A stretch of 64,000 bases of DNA, from assembly GCA_963755915.1 (NCBI GenBank), contig CAVWLP010000002.1, positions 3,168,001 through 3,232,000 of the forward strand, given 5' to 3'. Of this stretch, positions 31,224 to 42,365 are shown piece after piece; the stretch's first letter is position 1; every line of letters starts with the position of its first letter. The notes below the pieces were generated by a model. It did not search any database. It worked only from the letters and a program-made list of their open reading frames with translations, and had not been told where the DNA came from. This DNA is from an uncultured Phycisphaerales bacterium. GTDB lineage: Bacteria > Planctomycetota > Phycisphaerae > Tepidisphaerales > Tepidisphaeraceae. Made by a program: the position numbers and the translations under genes.

Positions 31224-31789
31224 ACCGTCTGGTGCTCCTTCGACACATCAGTCGCAATCTCGCTGAGCACTTCCCAAAGATAAGGCGACAATGAATAGTC
31301 GATCCAAATCCGATAGATTCGGCCCCCGTTCTTTTCAAGCGGAATCACCCCGCAGGAAGCACCCGCAATGCGCGTGTAGATAATCCGCTCGGCCGGCTCC
31401 CTGGAAAAATTAACCCCGCACGTCTGCGCCAAAGCGTGATGCACCAGCGGCCCGCTTATTTCAATCGTCAACGCCTGCTGCTCGATTCGATACACTCCCT
31501 CTGTCTGTCGATTCAACGCCTGTTCAAACCTGGGGAACAAAGCATCGTCCGCCTGCGATTCAAAAATAATCTCATCGCCTCCGACGCGCACGAGAACCCC
31601 ATCCTCGCCAACACGCCCAACATCGTACAGCCGCTGTGGCAATTCGATCCGATTTTCCTCAGCCCACCGCAGCAGGTTCGGCCCCTTCATCCCCAGCTTG
31701 GCAAGTTCCATTCGATGCGACAAAACGATTTCCCCACCTCTCGGCCCAGCCGAATTGAGTAAGGAAACAGGACTCTTTCGCATGTTCAT
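31220..31789 (-). CDS. mgdD: N-methylglutamate dehydrogenase / sarcosine oxidase gamma subunit
   Basis: Follows the alpha subunit; LGMKGP, AQTCGVNF, YRIWIDYSLSPYLWEVL. Confidence 0.75.
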   Translation of the reverse strand: MNMRKSPVSLLNSAGPRGGEIVLSHRMELAKLGMKGPNLLRWAEENRIELPQRLYDVGRVGEDGVLVRVGGDEIIFESQADDALFPRFEQALNRQTEGVYRIEQQALTIEISGPLVHHALAQTCGVNFSREPAERIIYTRIAGASCGVIPLEKNGGRIYRIWIDYSLSPYLWEVLSEIATDVSKEHQTV

Positions 31790-31804
31790 CGGACGTTCCT
31801 TCGA

Positions 31805-34709
31805 TCAGTTTGCCTGCCGGACATTCTCCGGATCATAAAACGGGAGCTCCACAACGCTTGCTTCGCAATCCGATCCGTCCGTGAGGCGAATTTCAACCTT
31901 TGTTCCTGCCTCCGACTTCCCCGGCTCCAAAAACGCCATCGCAATCGGATACCCAAGCGTCGACCGCGCCGCGATGCTCGTGACTCTCCCCACGATCCGC
32001 CCCTCCTGGATGATCAGATTACACTCTTCGGGCAACGCACCTCGGAATCCTTTCGGCCAAGCAAGCCCCACAAGTTTTCGTCCCAGCGGTTTACCTGCGA
32101 GAATCCTCAAACTCCTTTGCCCTACGAAAAAGGGCTTGTCGTTTCCGATTGCCCACTCAACTCCCGCCTCATAGGGATGCGTCAGCGCATCCGTATCCTG
32201 ACTGATTATCAGATGTCCTTTTTCCAGTCGAAGCAGTCGCTGTGCTTCGACTCCAAAGGGTTTTACTTCAAACTCTTTCCCCGCATCGTAGAGCGTCTGC
32301 CAGACATGCTGTCCATACGCCGCCGGCACGTGCACCTCATATCCTAGCTCGCCGACAAAACCAACCCGCATCACAATCGCCCGGACGCCTGCCACGACTC
32401 CTTCGCGCACTCCCAGGTAGGGAAAGGCATTTCCCGCGAGGTCGATGTTCGTCAGTTTCGACAATACCGCCCGGCTGTTTGGTCCGGCAAGATTCATCGC
32501 CGTGAGATTGCCCGTTGCGTTGCTCATTAAGACGTTCATTTTCCAGATCTGAGCCCACCGCAGCGCCTCGCGGTAAAAGGCCGCAACGCCACTGCTTGTT
32601 GCCGTAACGTAAAATCGATCCGCGGCCAGCCGGGCAATGACTCCATCCTCAATCACAATCCCGCTCTCATCGAGCGCGATACCGTACCGATATTTTCCCA
32701 CCGCCAGCTTGTCGAACTTCCCGGTATAGATTCGCTCCAGAAACGCCGCCGCATCCGGCCCATTAACTAATATCTTGCCCAGCGTTCCCACATCAATCAA
32801 ACCGAGGCTGGCGCGGACCTGCTGGGCTTCCTTCAAAATGCAATCCTCGCGAGGCGCCTTACTGTTCTTGTAGTACTCCGGCCGATACCAATCACCCGCG
32901 TGAAAGAAAATCGCCCCGCTCATTTGATGCCAATCGTGCATTGGGGTGCGGCGCATGGGATGAAATCGTCGCCCCGCCAGGTGCCCGATCGGCGCGGGCT
33001 GATAAAACGGCCGCGCCGTTGTCGTCCCCGTTTCGTTGATCGACTTGCCGTTCAGCTTCGCCAGGATCCGCACCGCATTCATATTCGAGAGCTTCCCCTG
33101 GCTCGGGCCCATGCCGACGGTGCTGTAGCGCTTCATCAGTTCCACGCTGTCATAGCCCTCCTGTCGCGCGTTCACGAAATCGGTCAGGTGCACATCTTCG
33201 TCAAAGTCGACAAAATTCTTTTTCTTCGCGTGTTTGAAAACTGGATAGGGATGATTTGGCGGCGAGCCCATCTGTATCGGCTGGGCGGCGATTTCGTCCG
33301 CGAAACGACCGAGAAATTTCGCCGCCGCGAGCCCCGCCCGCCTTCCGTCGCGAAACTGATCATTGAGCGGATAAACCCCCGCAACCCGTCCTGCCAGAAA
33401 TACACCTTCGGGCAAAGAGGCCGGCACGAGTTGGTGAAGATTCTCATCATATCGATATTTGACACCGCCCTGGCTCGTCAGTGACGAGTTTGGCGCCCAT
33501 CCCACCGATACCGCGATTCCATCCGCCGAAATTGTCTTTGCGCGACTTAAATCCGCTTCCCCCTGTGCGTTCAGCGGCGCAATTACAGCTCCTCTCACAC
33601 CGCTTCTTTCCGGGTTCGGCTGCGCTTCATAGATCGTTGAGCCGCGTTCCACAGGCACGCCCGCGCGAGCTACTTCTTGCCCGATTTCCGAATCCTCTCC
33701 CCCCGGCCGCAGATCCGCGATCGAGCTGACTCTCACACCAGCTTCAATCAAGTCCAGGGCCGCCCGATATCCGTCACTGTTGGCTGCAAGAACAACTACT
33801 TCATCAAACGGCTTTACCGCAAAAAGACGGATCAACCGCTGCGCCGCCGACGCTAGAATGACCCCCGGAAGATCGTTATGCCCGAAAACAGCCGGCTGCT
33901 CTATACTTCCGGTTGCATAAATTACGGCTCGCGCCGCAGCTTCGTCATTCGCGTGCCATCAAACAGCGCAATCCAATTATCTGCGTAATGCCCGCCCGCC
34001 ACTGTCGCGCAGCGAATCTCAACATTCGTGAGCGAGTGCAGCGCATCGACATTCTCGCGCATCAACCGATCGGCCTGCTCATCGCGAGCGTGCTGCCAAA
34101 GCAAACTTCCCCCCGGCGCGGTTGCTCGTCAATCAGCAGAACATTGAGCCCGCATTCCCCTGCCGCCCGTGCGGCCGAAAGCCCCGCCGGTCCTGCGCCA
34201 ACCACGAGCACGTCGCACCACGCGTAATCCTTCGGACTGTGAGCCGCCGCAAAGCCCGGGTTAATTTTCCCCAATCCCGCGACCGCGCGGATCTTTCGTT
34301 CGTGAAACGGAAACAACCAGCTCGGCCGGTGAAATGTCTTGTAATAAAATCCCACGGGCATAAACCGGCTGAACTTCTCCGTGATGTTCATCCAATCTTT
34401 GCGAAGGCTTCCATACGTATTGACGGCACGCAGGTCCATCCCTGGCGCAATTGGAACGGAATCGCCGCGCAAGTTAGTTCGCCTTCCATCCGTGAACATC
34501 GCATTCGAATCGTGCCCCGCAAAACTGTAGCTTCCTCGCGGCCGATGATACTTAAAGCTTCGCCCAACCAGCCGGACATCATTCGCATATAGCGCGCTGC
34601 AGATTACATCGCCCGCAAAGCCGCGAAAACTCTCCCCTTCGAATTTGAATTCGACGGGGCGTCCGCGGTCGATCCATTCGTTGCGCTGCTTGCTCAGTCG
34701 GCGATTCAC
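31805..34709 (-). CDS. mgdC: N-methylglutamate dehydrogenase / sarcosine oxidase alpha subunit; frameshifts at ~34110 and ~33925
   Basis: GRSFKYHRPRG, GFYYKTF, VGAGPAGL, KRYSTVGMGPSQGK, GcvT-like C-terminus (GFVGELGYE, LRLEKG). Confidence 0.87.
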
Positions 34710-34969
34710 TTGTGCGACTCGCTCCCGAATAAATACGTGCGAAGAATTTCGTCGGTTACAATGTTTCTCTCCGCAACCAACCAGGTATTGCTCGCCAGGT
34801 GAAACCACCACTCCCGCTTGATTCCCGGCTCTCCATCGCGATTGAAAATGTAGTCCGCCCACTGCGAATCCGTCGCCGTTTCCGGGTCGGGCATTTCCCT
34901 CAATTCCCCGCCGAAAACAAATTCCTGGATCGGCCGCGGTCCATTTATCGGGCAATTTAATATCTTCAC
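34706..34969 (-). CDS. mgdB: N-methylglutamate dehydrogenase / sarcosine oxidase delta subunit
   Basis: CPINGPR..EF.FGGE, REWWFH, ERN..TDEI. Confidence 0.87.
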   Translation of the reverse strand: MKILNCPINGPRPIQEFVFGGELREMPDPETATDSQWADYIFNRDGEPGIKREWWFHLASNTWLVAERNIVTDEILRTYLFGSESHK

Positions 34970-34985
34970 AACTTGCGTCCTTTCA

Positions 34986-36228
34986 TCAGTGTCCAACAGA
35001 CGCGGCTCCCTTTTCGCCGACCAGCGCAAAGTCGCCAAAACGACTCAGATTGAACGGCCTGATCAATTCATGATCTTCATCGCGTGCCACCGTGTGCGCC
35101 ATCGTGTACCCGCACACCGGTGTCGCCTTGAATCCCCACGTACCCCAGCCGGCATCGATATAAAATCCCTTGATCGGGGTGGTGCCCATGATCGGCGAAA
35201 AATCCGGCGTCATGTCCGACATCCCCGCCCATTGCCGAAGTATCTTTACATCCGCCAGGAATGGAAACAGGTCCACGAGATGACCCGCCAATCCCTCCGC
35301 AAAATCCAGGGTCGATCGCATCGACATTAACTCATACGGATCCAGCGACGCCCCCGTCACAAGCTCTCCCCGTGACGACTGGCTCACATAGGTATGCAAT
35401 CCCGCTGACACCACGATCGAATCCAGCCAGGGCTTCAGCGGCTCGGTTACCATGGCCTGAAGCGGATAAATCACCAGCGGAGTCCGCAGGTTGACCATCT
35501 TCTGTATCCGCGTCGTCCATCCCGCCACCGCGGATAAAACCTTTTTTGTTCGGATATACCCTCGGCTTGTGTGCACGCCTTCAACGCACCCATCCCGCAC
35601 TTCAATTCCGCTCACCGAGGTCTGCTGATGGATCTCCACTCCCTTGCGGTCGGCCCCGCGCGTAGGCCCAGGCGACCGCGTCATGACGCGCGATCGACCC
35701 TGGCGCATGATACAGCGCCCCGACAATCGGCGGCTGATGCCCGCCGCACGCCAGGTCAATTTCCGGAATCGTCTTCTTGATAAATTCGGGACCCACCACT
35801 TCCGAATCGATCCCCAGGTGCTTGTTCACTTCCGCCCGCCATCGTTGCGTGCGCAACGACGCCGTCGAATGCGCAATCGTGAAGTGGCCGCGTTGTGAGT
35901 AAAAAAGATTAAAATCCAGCGTCCTCGAAAGATCGCGAAACAGATCGACGCTGAACTGGTAAAATTTGGCCCCCTCCTCGGTCAAATAATTGGATCGCAC
36001 GATGGCCGTGTTCCGCCCCGTCCCGCCGTGCCCGATATAGTTACTCTCGATGACCGCGATATTCGAAGTATTGTGCAGATTCGCGAGATAATACGCCGCT
36101 GCCAGCCCATGTCCGCCTCCCCCGATGATGACGACGTCATAACTGTCGCGCAGCGTTTCGGGCGAACGGAACATCCGAGGTTCTGGATATTCCCGGCTAA
36201 GCGCAAATCTCAAGAGTTGGATCGGCAT
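34986..36228 (-). CDS. mgdA: N-methylglutamate dehydrogenase / sarcosine oxidase beta subunit; frameshift at ~35655
   Basis: IIGGGGHGLAAAYYL, GRNTAIVRSNY, ARHDAVAW, GWGTWGFKATP, EKGAASVGH. Confidence 0.88.
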
Positions 36229-36249
36229 GCGGCGCGATTTCCGAACTTT

Positions 36250-37105
36250 CTATTTGAACACGACCGTCTTATTGGAATTCAGCAGCACGCGATCCTCCAG
36301 GTGATAACGCAAGCCGCGCAAGCACGGCTTTTTCCACGTCCTGGCCCGTTCGCATCAACTGCTCCACGGTGTCCGAGTGGTCGCTCCGGAAGGCGTCCTG
36401 CTCAATGATCGGCCCCTCATCGAGTTTCTCGGTAACGTAATGACACGTGGCCCCGACAAATTTCACCCCGCGCGCATGCGCCTGCCGGTAGGGGTGCGAG
36501 CCAACGAACGACGGTAGAAAGCTGTGATGGATATTGACGATGCGTGCCGGAAATCGTTCGCACATCCAAGCCGGCAAAATCTGCATGAAACGCGCCAGGA
36601 CGATCACATCCGCCCGCGCCTCGTCGATAATCGCCGCGATTCGCCGAAACGATTGCTCGCGATTCGGGCTTTCCATCGGCACGTGATGAAACGGCACTTT
36701 ATGCCATTCCACGTAACTTCGACTGTCGTGGTGATTCGAAATCACCGCGCCCAGATCGAAGCTCATCTCCCCGCTGCGCCACCGATACAGCAGATCGTCC
36801 AGACAATGCGTCTGTTTGCTCACGAGAATCACCACGCGTTTCCGCACCGACGTGTCGGAAATATTGTGCTGCATCGAAAATTCCCGCGAAATCGGACCAA
36901 ACCGCTGCCGAAGTCCTTCGATTCCAAACGGCAGGGATTCCGCGAGCGTCTCTTGCCGCATGAAAAATCGCTTCGAATCCGGATCCGCGTGATTCTGCGA
37001 TTCAACGATCCATCCGTTGTGCTGCGCGAACAGCGAACTGACCGAGGCCACGATTCCCACCCGATCCGGACAGGACAGCGTTAGGATGAATCGACGGGAA
37101 TTCAT
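36250..37105 (-). CDS. purU: Formyltetrahydrofolate deformylase; frameshift at ~36315
   Basis: CPDRVGIV ACT domain, LARFMQIL, NIHHSFLPSF, GATCHYVT, DEGPIIEQ; true end EDRVLLNSNKTVVFK. Confidence 0.92.
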
Positions 37106-37118
37106 AAACCTCGCGTAA

Positions 37119-38478
37119 TCAGATAGAGGTCAGGTATTCGTCGATCTCCCACCGGCTGATCTGGCGGTGATACGTATCCCACTCCGCCGACTTAAAATCG
37201 ATGAACTCCTTCGCGATCGGCCCCAGCGCCGATTTCACGACCTCATCGCGCCGCAGCTCCTCTATCGCTTCAAAAAGCGATTGCGGCAAAAGCTGCACGC
37301 CCTTGGCCCGGATTTCATTCAGTGAAAGCGCGTACATATTCCCCAGGTTCGGCTCGCCCGGATCCAGCTCCCGCCTAATCCCATCCAGCCCCGCGCTGAG
37401 GTATGCCGCCAGTGCCAGGTAAGGATTCGTGCTCGCGCTGATTGCCCGATCCTCAAAATGTCCCGGCCCAGCGGTTCGGATCATTTCTGTCCGATTGTTG
37501 TCTCCATAGGTAATAAACGCCGGCGTCCACGTATAGCCCGACCGGCTTGAATAGAGTCCCGCACCTATCTGGAGCCGCTTATAACAATTCGCCGTTGGAC
37601 TTGTCACCGCACAAAGCGCCCGTGCGTGATGCAGAATCCCGCCGACAAAGTGATACGCCAGCTTCGAGCACCCCAGCCCGCGCTTGTCTTCCTTATCCAC
37701 GAACAAATTCTTCCCTGTCTCCCTGTCCGCCAAGTGATAATGCGCATGCAGCCCCGAGCCCGTGCGATCGCTGAAAGGCTTGGGCATAAACGTCGCGATC
37801 GCGCCAAACTTCTTGGCAATCTGCGACGCCGCCATCTTGAAAAACGTGATACGGTCGCAGGTCGTCAGCGCATCGCTGAATTTAAAATTCACTTCGAACT
37901 GTCCGTTGGCATCCTCATGATCGCACTGGTAAACGTCCCAGCCCAGCTCATTGAGCGCGACCGTCAACTCCTGCAAATACGCCATCGCCGGCGCCATCGA
38001 CCGAAAGTCGTAGCACGGCTTGGCCAGCGTGTCCGCGCCGTCCGGGTTCCACGGCTGAATCGACCCATCCGCACTCCGAGTCACCAGAAAATGCTCCGGC
38101 TCCATCCCCACATTGAAGACATACCCCTCTTCCTTCGCAGCATTCAAGACCCGCTTAAGATTCGTCCGAGCGCAATAAGGATACGATTGCTCATCCACAA
38201 ACAAATCGCTGGCAAAACGCACCGTGTTGGGTTGCCACGCCAAACGGGTATACGTCGCCGGATCGATCCGCGCCATCATGTCGTGCGAAATGCGCTCCCT
38301 GTCCGACGCCGCGCACGGCGCCCCCCGCAAATCCGGCCCCCGAATCCACCGCTTCGTCGAAGCACGAAGCCGGCATCATCTTCACCTTCGCGCCTCCCGT
38401 GACGTCGACGAACTGCACGAGGATGAACTCGATCTTCTCTTCCTTCAAACGGTTTTTAATTTCAGACCGGCTGGGCAT
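37119..38478 (-). CDS. gmaS: Gamma-glutamylmethylamide synthetase (type III glutamine synthetase-like); frameshift at ~38300
   Basis: QFVD..G.AKVK, GAGFAG, KPCYD, DHEDANGQFE, FMPKPF, YGDNNRT; sits between mgsC and purU/mgd. Confidence 0.85.
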
Positions 38479-38556
38479 GATCGCACCTCTTCGTTGGAAG
38501 CTTGCCAATGAGCGCGGTCAGATTCTCTTTCGGTTGGTCCATCTCAAAATCCAGCG

Positions 38557-39896
38557 CTAAAGATTCCCCACCCCGGGAATCCAGTTCGTTCCCGCCAGCG
38601 GTACCTTCGCCATCGCTGCTGACTCAATCGTCAAGGCTACGAGGTCATCCGGCTCGAGGTTGTGCACGTGCGACTTCCCGCAAGCCCGCGCGATCGTCTG
38701 ACATTCGAGGGTCAGCACCCGCAAATAGTTTGCCAGCCGCCGTCCTCCCGCGATCGGGTCCAGCCGCTTCGACAGCTCTTCATCCTGCGTGGTGATCCCA
38801 GCGGGGTCTCTTCCGTTTTGATAGTCATCGTAAAATCCTGCCGCCGACCCCAGTTTGCGATACTCCTCATCCAGCGCCGGATCGTTATCGCCAAGCGCAA
38901 TCAGCGCCGCCGTCCCGATCGAAACCGCGTCGGCTCCCATCGCCAGCGCCTTGGCGACGTCCGCGCCGCTGCGAATTCCCCCCGAAACAATCAGTTGCAC
39001 CTTCCGGTGCATGTCCAATTCCACCAGGGCCTCAACTGCCTGCCGAAGCGCCGGCAGCGTTGGAATGCCGACGTGTTCGATGAAAACATCCTGTGTTGCC
39101 CCGGTTCCGCCCTGCATTCCGTCCAGCACAATCACATCCGCCCCAACTTTCACGGCCAGCGCCACATCGTAATAGGTTCTTGACGCGCCAATCTTCACGT
39201 AAATCGGCACGCGCCAGTCGGTGATCTCGCGCAACTCGGTAATTTTGATCGCCAAATCGTCCGGCCCCGTCCAATCCGGATGCCGGCAAGCCGAACGCTG
39301 ATCGATCTCTTTCGGCAGAGTTCGCATCTGCGCCACGCGGTCGCTGATCTTCTGCCCTAGCAACATGCCCCCACCGCCAGGCTTTGCCCCCTGTCCCAGC
39401 ACGATCTCGATTGCGTCAGCCTTGCGAAGATCATCGGGATTCATTCCATAACGCGAGGGGAGTAGCTGGTATACCAGAATCTTCGAGTGTTCCCGCTCCT
39501 CGGCGGTCATTCCCCCGTCCCCGGTTGTTGTGCTGGTGCCTGCTTCGCTCGCCCCGCGCCCAGCGCTTCCTTGGCCTGTGCTGACAGCGAACCAAAACTC
39601 ATCCCCGCAATCGTGATTGGAATGCTTAGCTTAATCGGATTCTTCGCATACCGTGTCCCCAGCGTTACCCCACAATCGCACTTCTCCCGATATCCTTCCA
39701 ACGGATATCTCGACATGCTCGCCCCCAGAAAAACCAAGTCATCAAAATTAGGCAATCGCCTCTTCGCGCCAAAACCCCGGATGTGGTAGATCCCCGTCTC
39801 CGCGGCCCGCTGGATCTCCCGGATCACGCCCCGGTCAAACGTGGCGGATTCCCGAAGTATGGGAGCGGCTGCCTTGGTGGAATTCGTATCAAGCAT
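38557..39896 (-). CDS. mgsC: N-methylglutamate synthase subunit C (FMN-binding glutamate synthase family, GlxD); frameshift at ~39558
   Basis: SMSRYPLEGYREKC, AGMSFG, GQGAKPGGGG, SACRHPDWTGPDD, DGMQGGT. Confidence 0.88.
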
Positions 39897-39911
39897 GGCT
39901 CTTTCCGATGG

Positions 39912-40625
39912 CTAATACATCGATGCGTGATCCACGTGAAAGTTGTAGAGCTTCCGCGCCGAACCATAGCGACGGAATTCTCGCGGTTTAACGTCGGGAA
40001 CTTTTGCCTTTTCCAACAGGCCTGCCAGAAGCGCCATATGCTCTTCCCCCATCGGCTTCTCTACGCAATCGGCCCCGAGGCTCTTCGCCCGGCCGCGCAC
40101 GAAAATCTTCGCCTCGTAAAGTGAATCGCCGATCGTCTCGTCAGCGTCTCCGCAAACAACAAGATTCCCCGCCTGCGCCATGAAACAAGCCATGTGTCCC
40201 ACCGACCCATGGACGACAATGTCGATCCCCTTCATCGAAATCCCGCAGCGGCTGGATGCATTTCCTTCAATAACCAGCAGCCCCCCATGTCCCGATGCCC
40301 CTGCGCATTGGCTGGTGTGCCCCTTCACCCAAACGACGCCCGACATCATATTTTCCGCAACTCCGACTCCCGCCATACCATGAATAGTGATCTCCGCCCG
40401 CTGATTCATTCCCGCGCAGTAGTAGCCGACCGGTCCTTCAATATCGATCTTCACTGGAACCCTGACCCCCGCCGCGACCGCATGTTTTCCCCTTGCATGA
40501 AGAATCCGCCACGGTGCTGCTGCATCCTGTTCCGTCAGATTGTGCAAGCGCTGGTTCAGTTCGCGAAGGTCACCTTTCCCCAGATCGTAGGTTTCAACCG
40601 AAGTCTCTATGGATATGGCCGACAT
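39912..40625 (-). CDS. mgsB: N-methylglutamate synthase subunit B (GXGXG, GlxC)
   Basis: GYYCAGMN, GVAENMMSG, RCGISMKG, GDSLYE, YGSARKLYNF. Confidence 0.9.
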   Translation of the reverse strand: MSAISIETSVETYDLGKGDLRELNQRLHNLTEQDAAAPWRILHARGKHAVAAGVRVPVKIDIEGPVGYYCAGMNQRAEITIHGMAGVGVAENMMSGVVWVKGHTSQCAGASGHGGLLVIEGNASSRCGISMKGIDIVVHGSVGHMACFMAQAGNLVVCGDADETIGDSLYEAKIFVRGRAKSLGADCVEKPMGEEHMALLAGLLEKAKVPDVKPREFRRYGSARKLYNFHVDHASMY

Positions 40626-40626
40626 G

Positions 40627-41526
40627 TTAATTCTGTGTCCACGTATAAACCGTGCCCGGCTTGGGTTCCCAGATATTGGCGTCATCGATTCCCGGCAAAT
40701 GCGCCAGCGCCTGATATTCACTTGCCATCCCAACATAACCGCTGGTTTCCACGATCACGGCCGGCTTGCAGGCAATCGGATCCCGCAGCACCGCAAATCC
40801 ATCCGCTGTTCCCACAGCAAACGTATAGAACCCATCCAGATCGCTAATCGCAGACTCCAGCGCCTCCTCAAGCGTTTTATTCTGCCGCATCTGCCACATC
40901 AGATACCCCGCCGCCACCTCCGAATCATTCTCCGTTCGAATGTCGATCCCCTCGCGCACCAGTTGCCTCCGCAGCCGGTTGTGATTACTCAGGGACCCGT
41001 TGTGGACCAGGCATAGATCCATCCCCGTTGAGAAAGGATGCGATCCATCTGTTGTGACCGCGCTTTCAGTTGCCATCCGCGTATGCCCGATGATGTGCGT
41101 GCCCCTCATTTTTCTGACCCCGAACCGATCGGCGATCAACCGCGGCGATCCCACTTCCTTCAGTATCTCAATGCTTCTTCCAACGCTCATGATCCGCACG
41201 GACCCATCCAATTCGGCCAATTGTTTCTGAAACTCTGATTGCTTCGCTTCTAATTTGAAAATCGCGTAATTGCCGTTGGTCGCAAAATCGAATTGACCGT
41301 CGAATTTTTCCTGGAGTTTGTCAGCCAGCGTTTTCCAGTCGTGCTCCATCGACCCATGCCGGAGTGTGATCTTGATGCACCCCTCAGGTACCACGTTCCC
41401 GTACAGGGCAAATCCCGCGCTGTCCGGCCCGCGGTTGCCCATGCAATCGAGCATCGGGGCAAACATCTCCCCCAGCCGCTCCGACAGCGTCTTGTCCTTC
41501 AAAAATAGCCCGATGATCCCGCACAT
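40627..41526 (-). CDS. mgsA: N-methylglutamate synthase subunit A (class II glutamine amidotransferase, GlxB)
   Basis: MCGIIG, RGPDSAG, GHTRMATES, HNGSLSNH, RDPIACKP. Confidence 0.9.
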   Translation of the reverse strand: MCGIIGLFLKDKTLSERLGEMFAPMLDCMGNRGPDSAGFALYGNVVPEGCIKITLRHGSMEHDWKTLADKLQEKFDGQFDFATNGNYAIFKLEAKQSEFQKQLAELDGSVRIMSVGRSIEILKEVGSPRLIADRFGVRKMRGTHIIGHTRMATESAVTTDGSHPFSTGMDLCLVHNGSLSNHNRLRRQLVREGIDIRTENDSEVAAGYLMWQMRQNKTLEEALESAISDLDGFYTFAVGTADGFAVLRDPIACKPAVIVETSGYVGMASEYQALAHLPGIDDANIWEPKPGTVYTWTQN

Positions 41527-41541
41527 TGACAGTACCAAGCG

Positions 41542-41610
41542 TGTTCAATAATTGAACATAGCGGCCTTCCAAGTCAGGCGAAGTGTAAGGCCGACAATAT
41601 AGAAAGTCAA
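41542..41610 (-). promoter_or_regulatory. mgs operon promoter (TTGACT-17-TACACT) with downstream TGTTCAATAATTGAACA operator
   Basis: -35 at 41610-41605, -10 at 41587-41582; 17-bp palindrome at 41542-41558. Confidence 0.7.
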
Positions 41611-41647
41611 AAGAAAATGGCTGAAACAATCATGTCATGGTTTTAGC

Positions 41648-41681
41648 TTGACAAACCGCCAACGTGTTCAATAATTGAACG
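41648..41681 (+). promoter_or_regulatory. Regulator promoter (TTGACA...AATAAT) overlapped by a second operator copy
   Basis: CGTGTTCAATAATTGAAC at 41663-41680 is identical to 41540-41557. Confidence 0.7.
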
Positions 41682-41684
41682 GTC

Positions 41685-42290
41685 GTGAAAATCCTCCACT
41701 ACAATGACGAGGAGAAAGAGCTTCACAAATATCTCGCCGACCGCGGACAAGAAAACGTGATCCTACCCGCCGGCGCTGATGTCTTCTCGCTCGTTCGCCA
41801 AGAGGCGTTTGATGCCGCCTTCATCGGGCTGCATCCCCACGGCCTGCAGCTCATCCGACTTCTGCACCGAAAAAATCCCGATTGCCTCGTCACCATGATC
41901 ACTGCCGACCGAAACGCCCGCATTGCCGTAGATGCCATGAAGCTCGGCGCGTTCGACTATCTGCTCTCTCCCCTCGATTTTTCTGAGGTGGAACGCGCCG
42001 TGATCATGATGGCCCGTGAGCAGCAGGGTCAGGACGAACGTCGCGGCCTCGAAGGCCAACTTGCCGGCGTAAACGACGGTTCCAGTCTCGGCTTCCCCCG
42101 CCCACCCGCCCTCGATAGCGTGCCTATTCGTGGCCGCCTCTGCGATATCACTGCTGAATTCGAATCCAAGGCGATCTGGCAGGCGCTCAAGGACAATCAG
42201 GGCAACCTCTCCGAAGCTGCCAAAACCCTCGCCATTAGCAGGACCACCCTCTACGCCAAGATGGAGCGCTACGGCATCCCTAGACAGTAA
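41685..42290 (+). CDS. Atypical response regulator: pseudo-receiver + Fis-type HTH, no AAA+ domain
   Basis: AVDAMKLGAFDYL receiver end; GNLSEAAKTLAISRTTLYAKM HTH; only 201 aa. Confidence 0.85.
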   Translation: MKILHYNDEEKELHKYLADRGQENVILPAGADVFSLVRQEAFDAAFIGLHPHGLQLIRLLHRKNPDCLVTMITADRNARIAVDAMKLGAFDYLLSPLDFSEVERAVIMMAREQQGQDERRGLEGQLAGVNDGSSLGFPRPPALDSVPIRGRLCDITAEFESKAIWQALKDNQGNLSEAAKTLAISRTTLYAKMERYGIPRQ

Positions 42291-42310
42291 CCGCGGTACC
42301 CTAATAGAAC

Positions 42311-42335
42311 CGTCACCAATTGCATAATTGTGACG
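42311..42335. promoter_or_regulatory. Candidate operator CGTCAC-N13-GTGACG
   Basis: Imperfect palindrome upstream of the GntR gene; 20/25 match to 44089-44113. Confidence 0.5.
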
Positions 42336-42365
42336 ACACGATACGATGGTCCTTCGGACACTACT

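Noticed and set aside
37119-41526. Canonical glnA / gltBD nitrogen assimilation genes
   Set aside because: The three-gene split glutamate-synthase-like set plus a type III GS next to soxBDAG-like genes is the NMG pathway arrangement.
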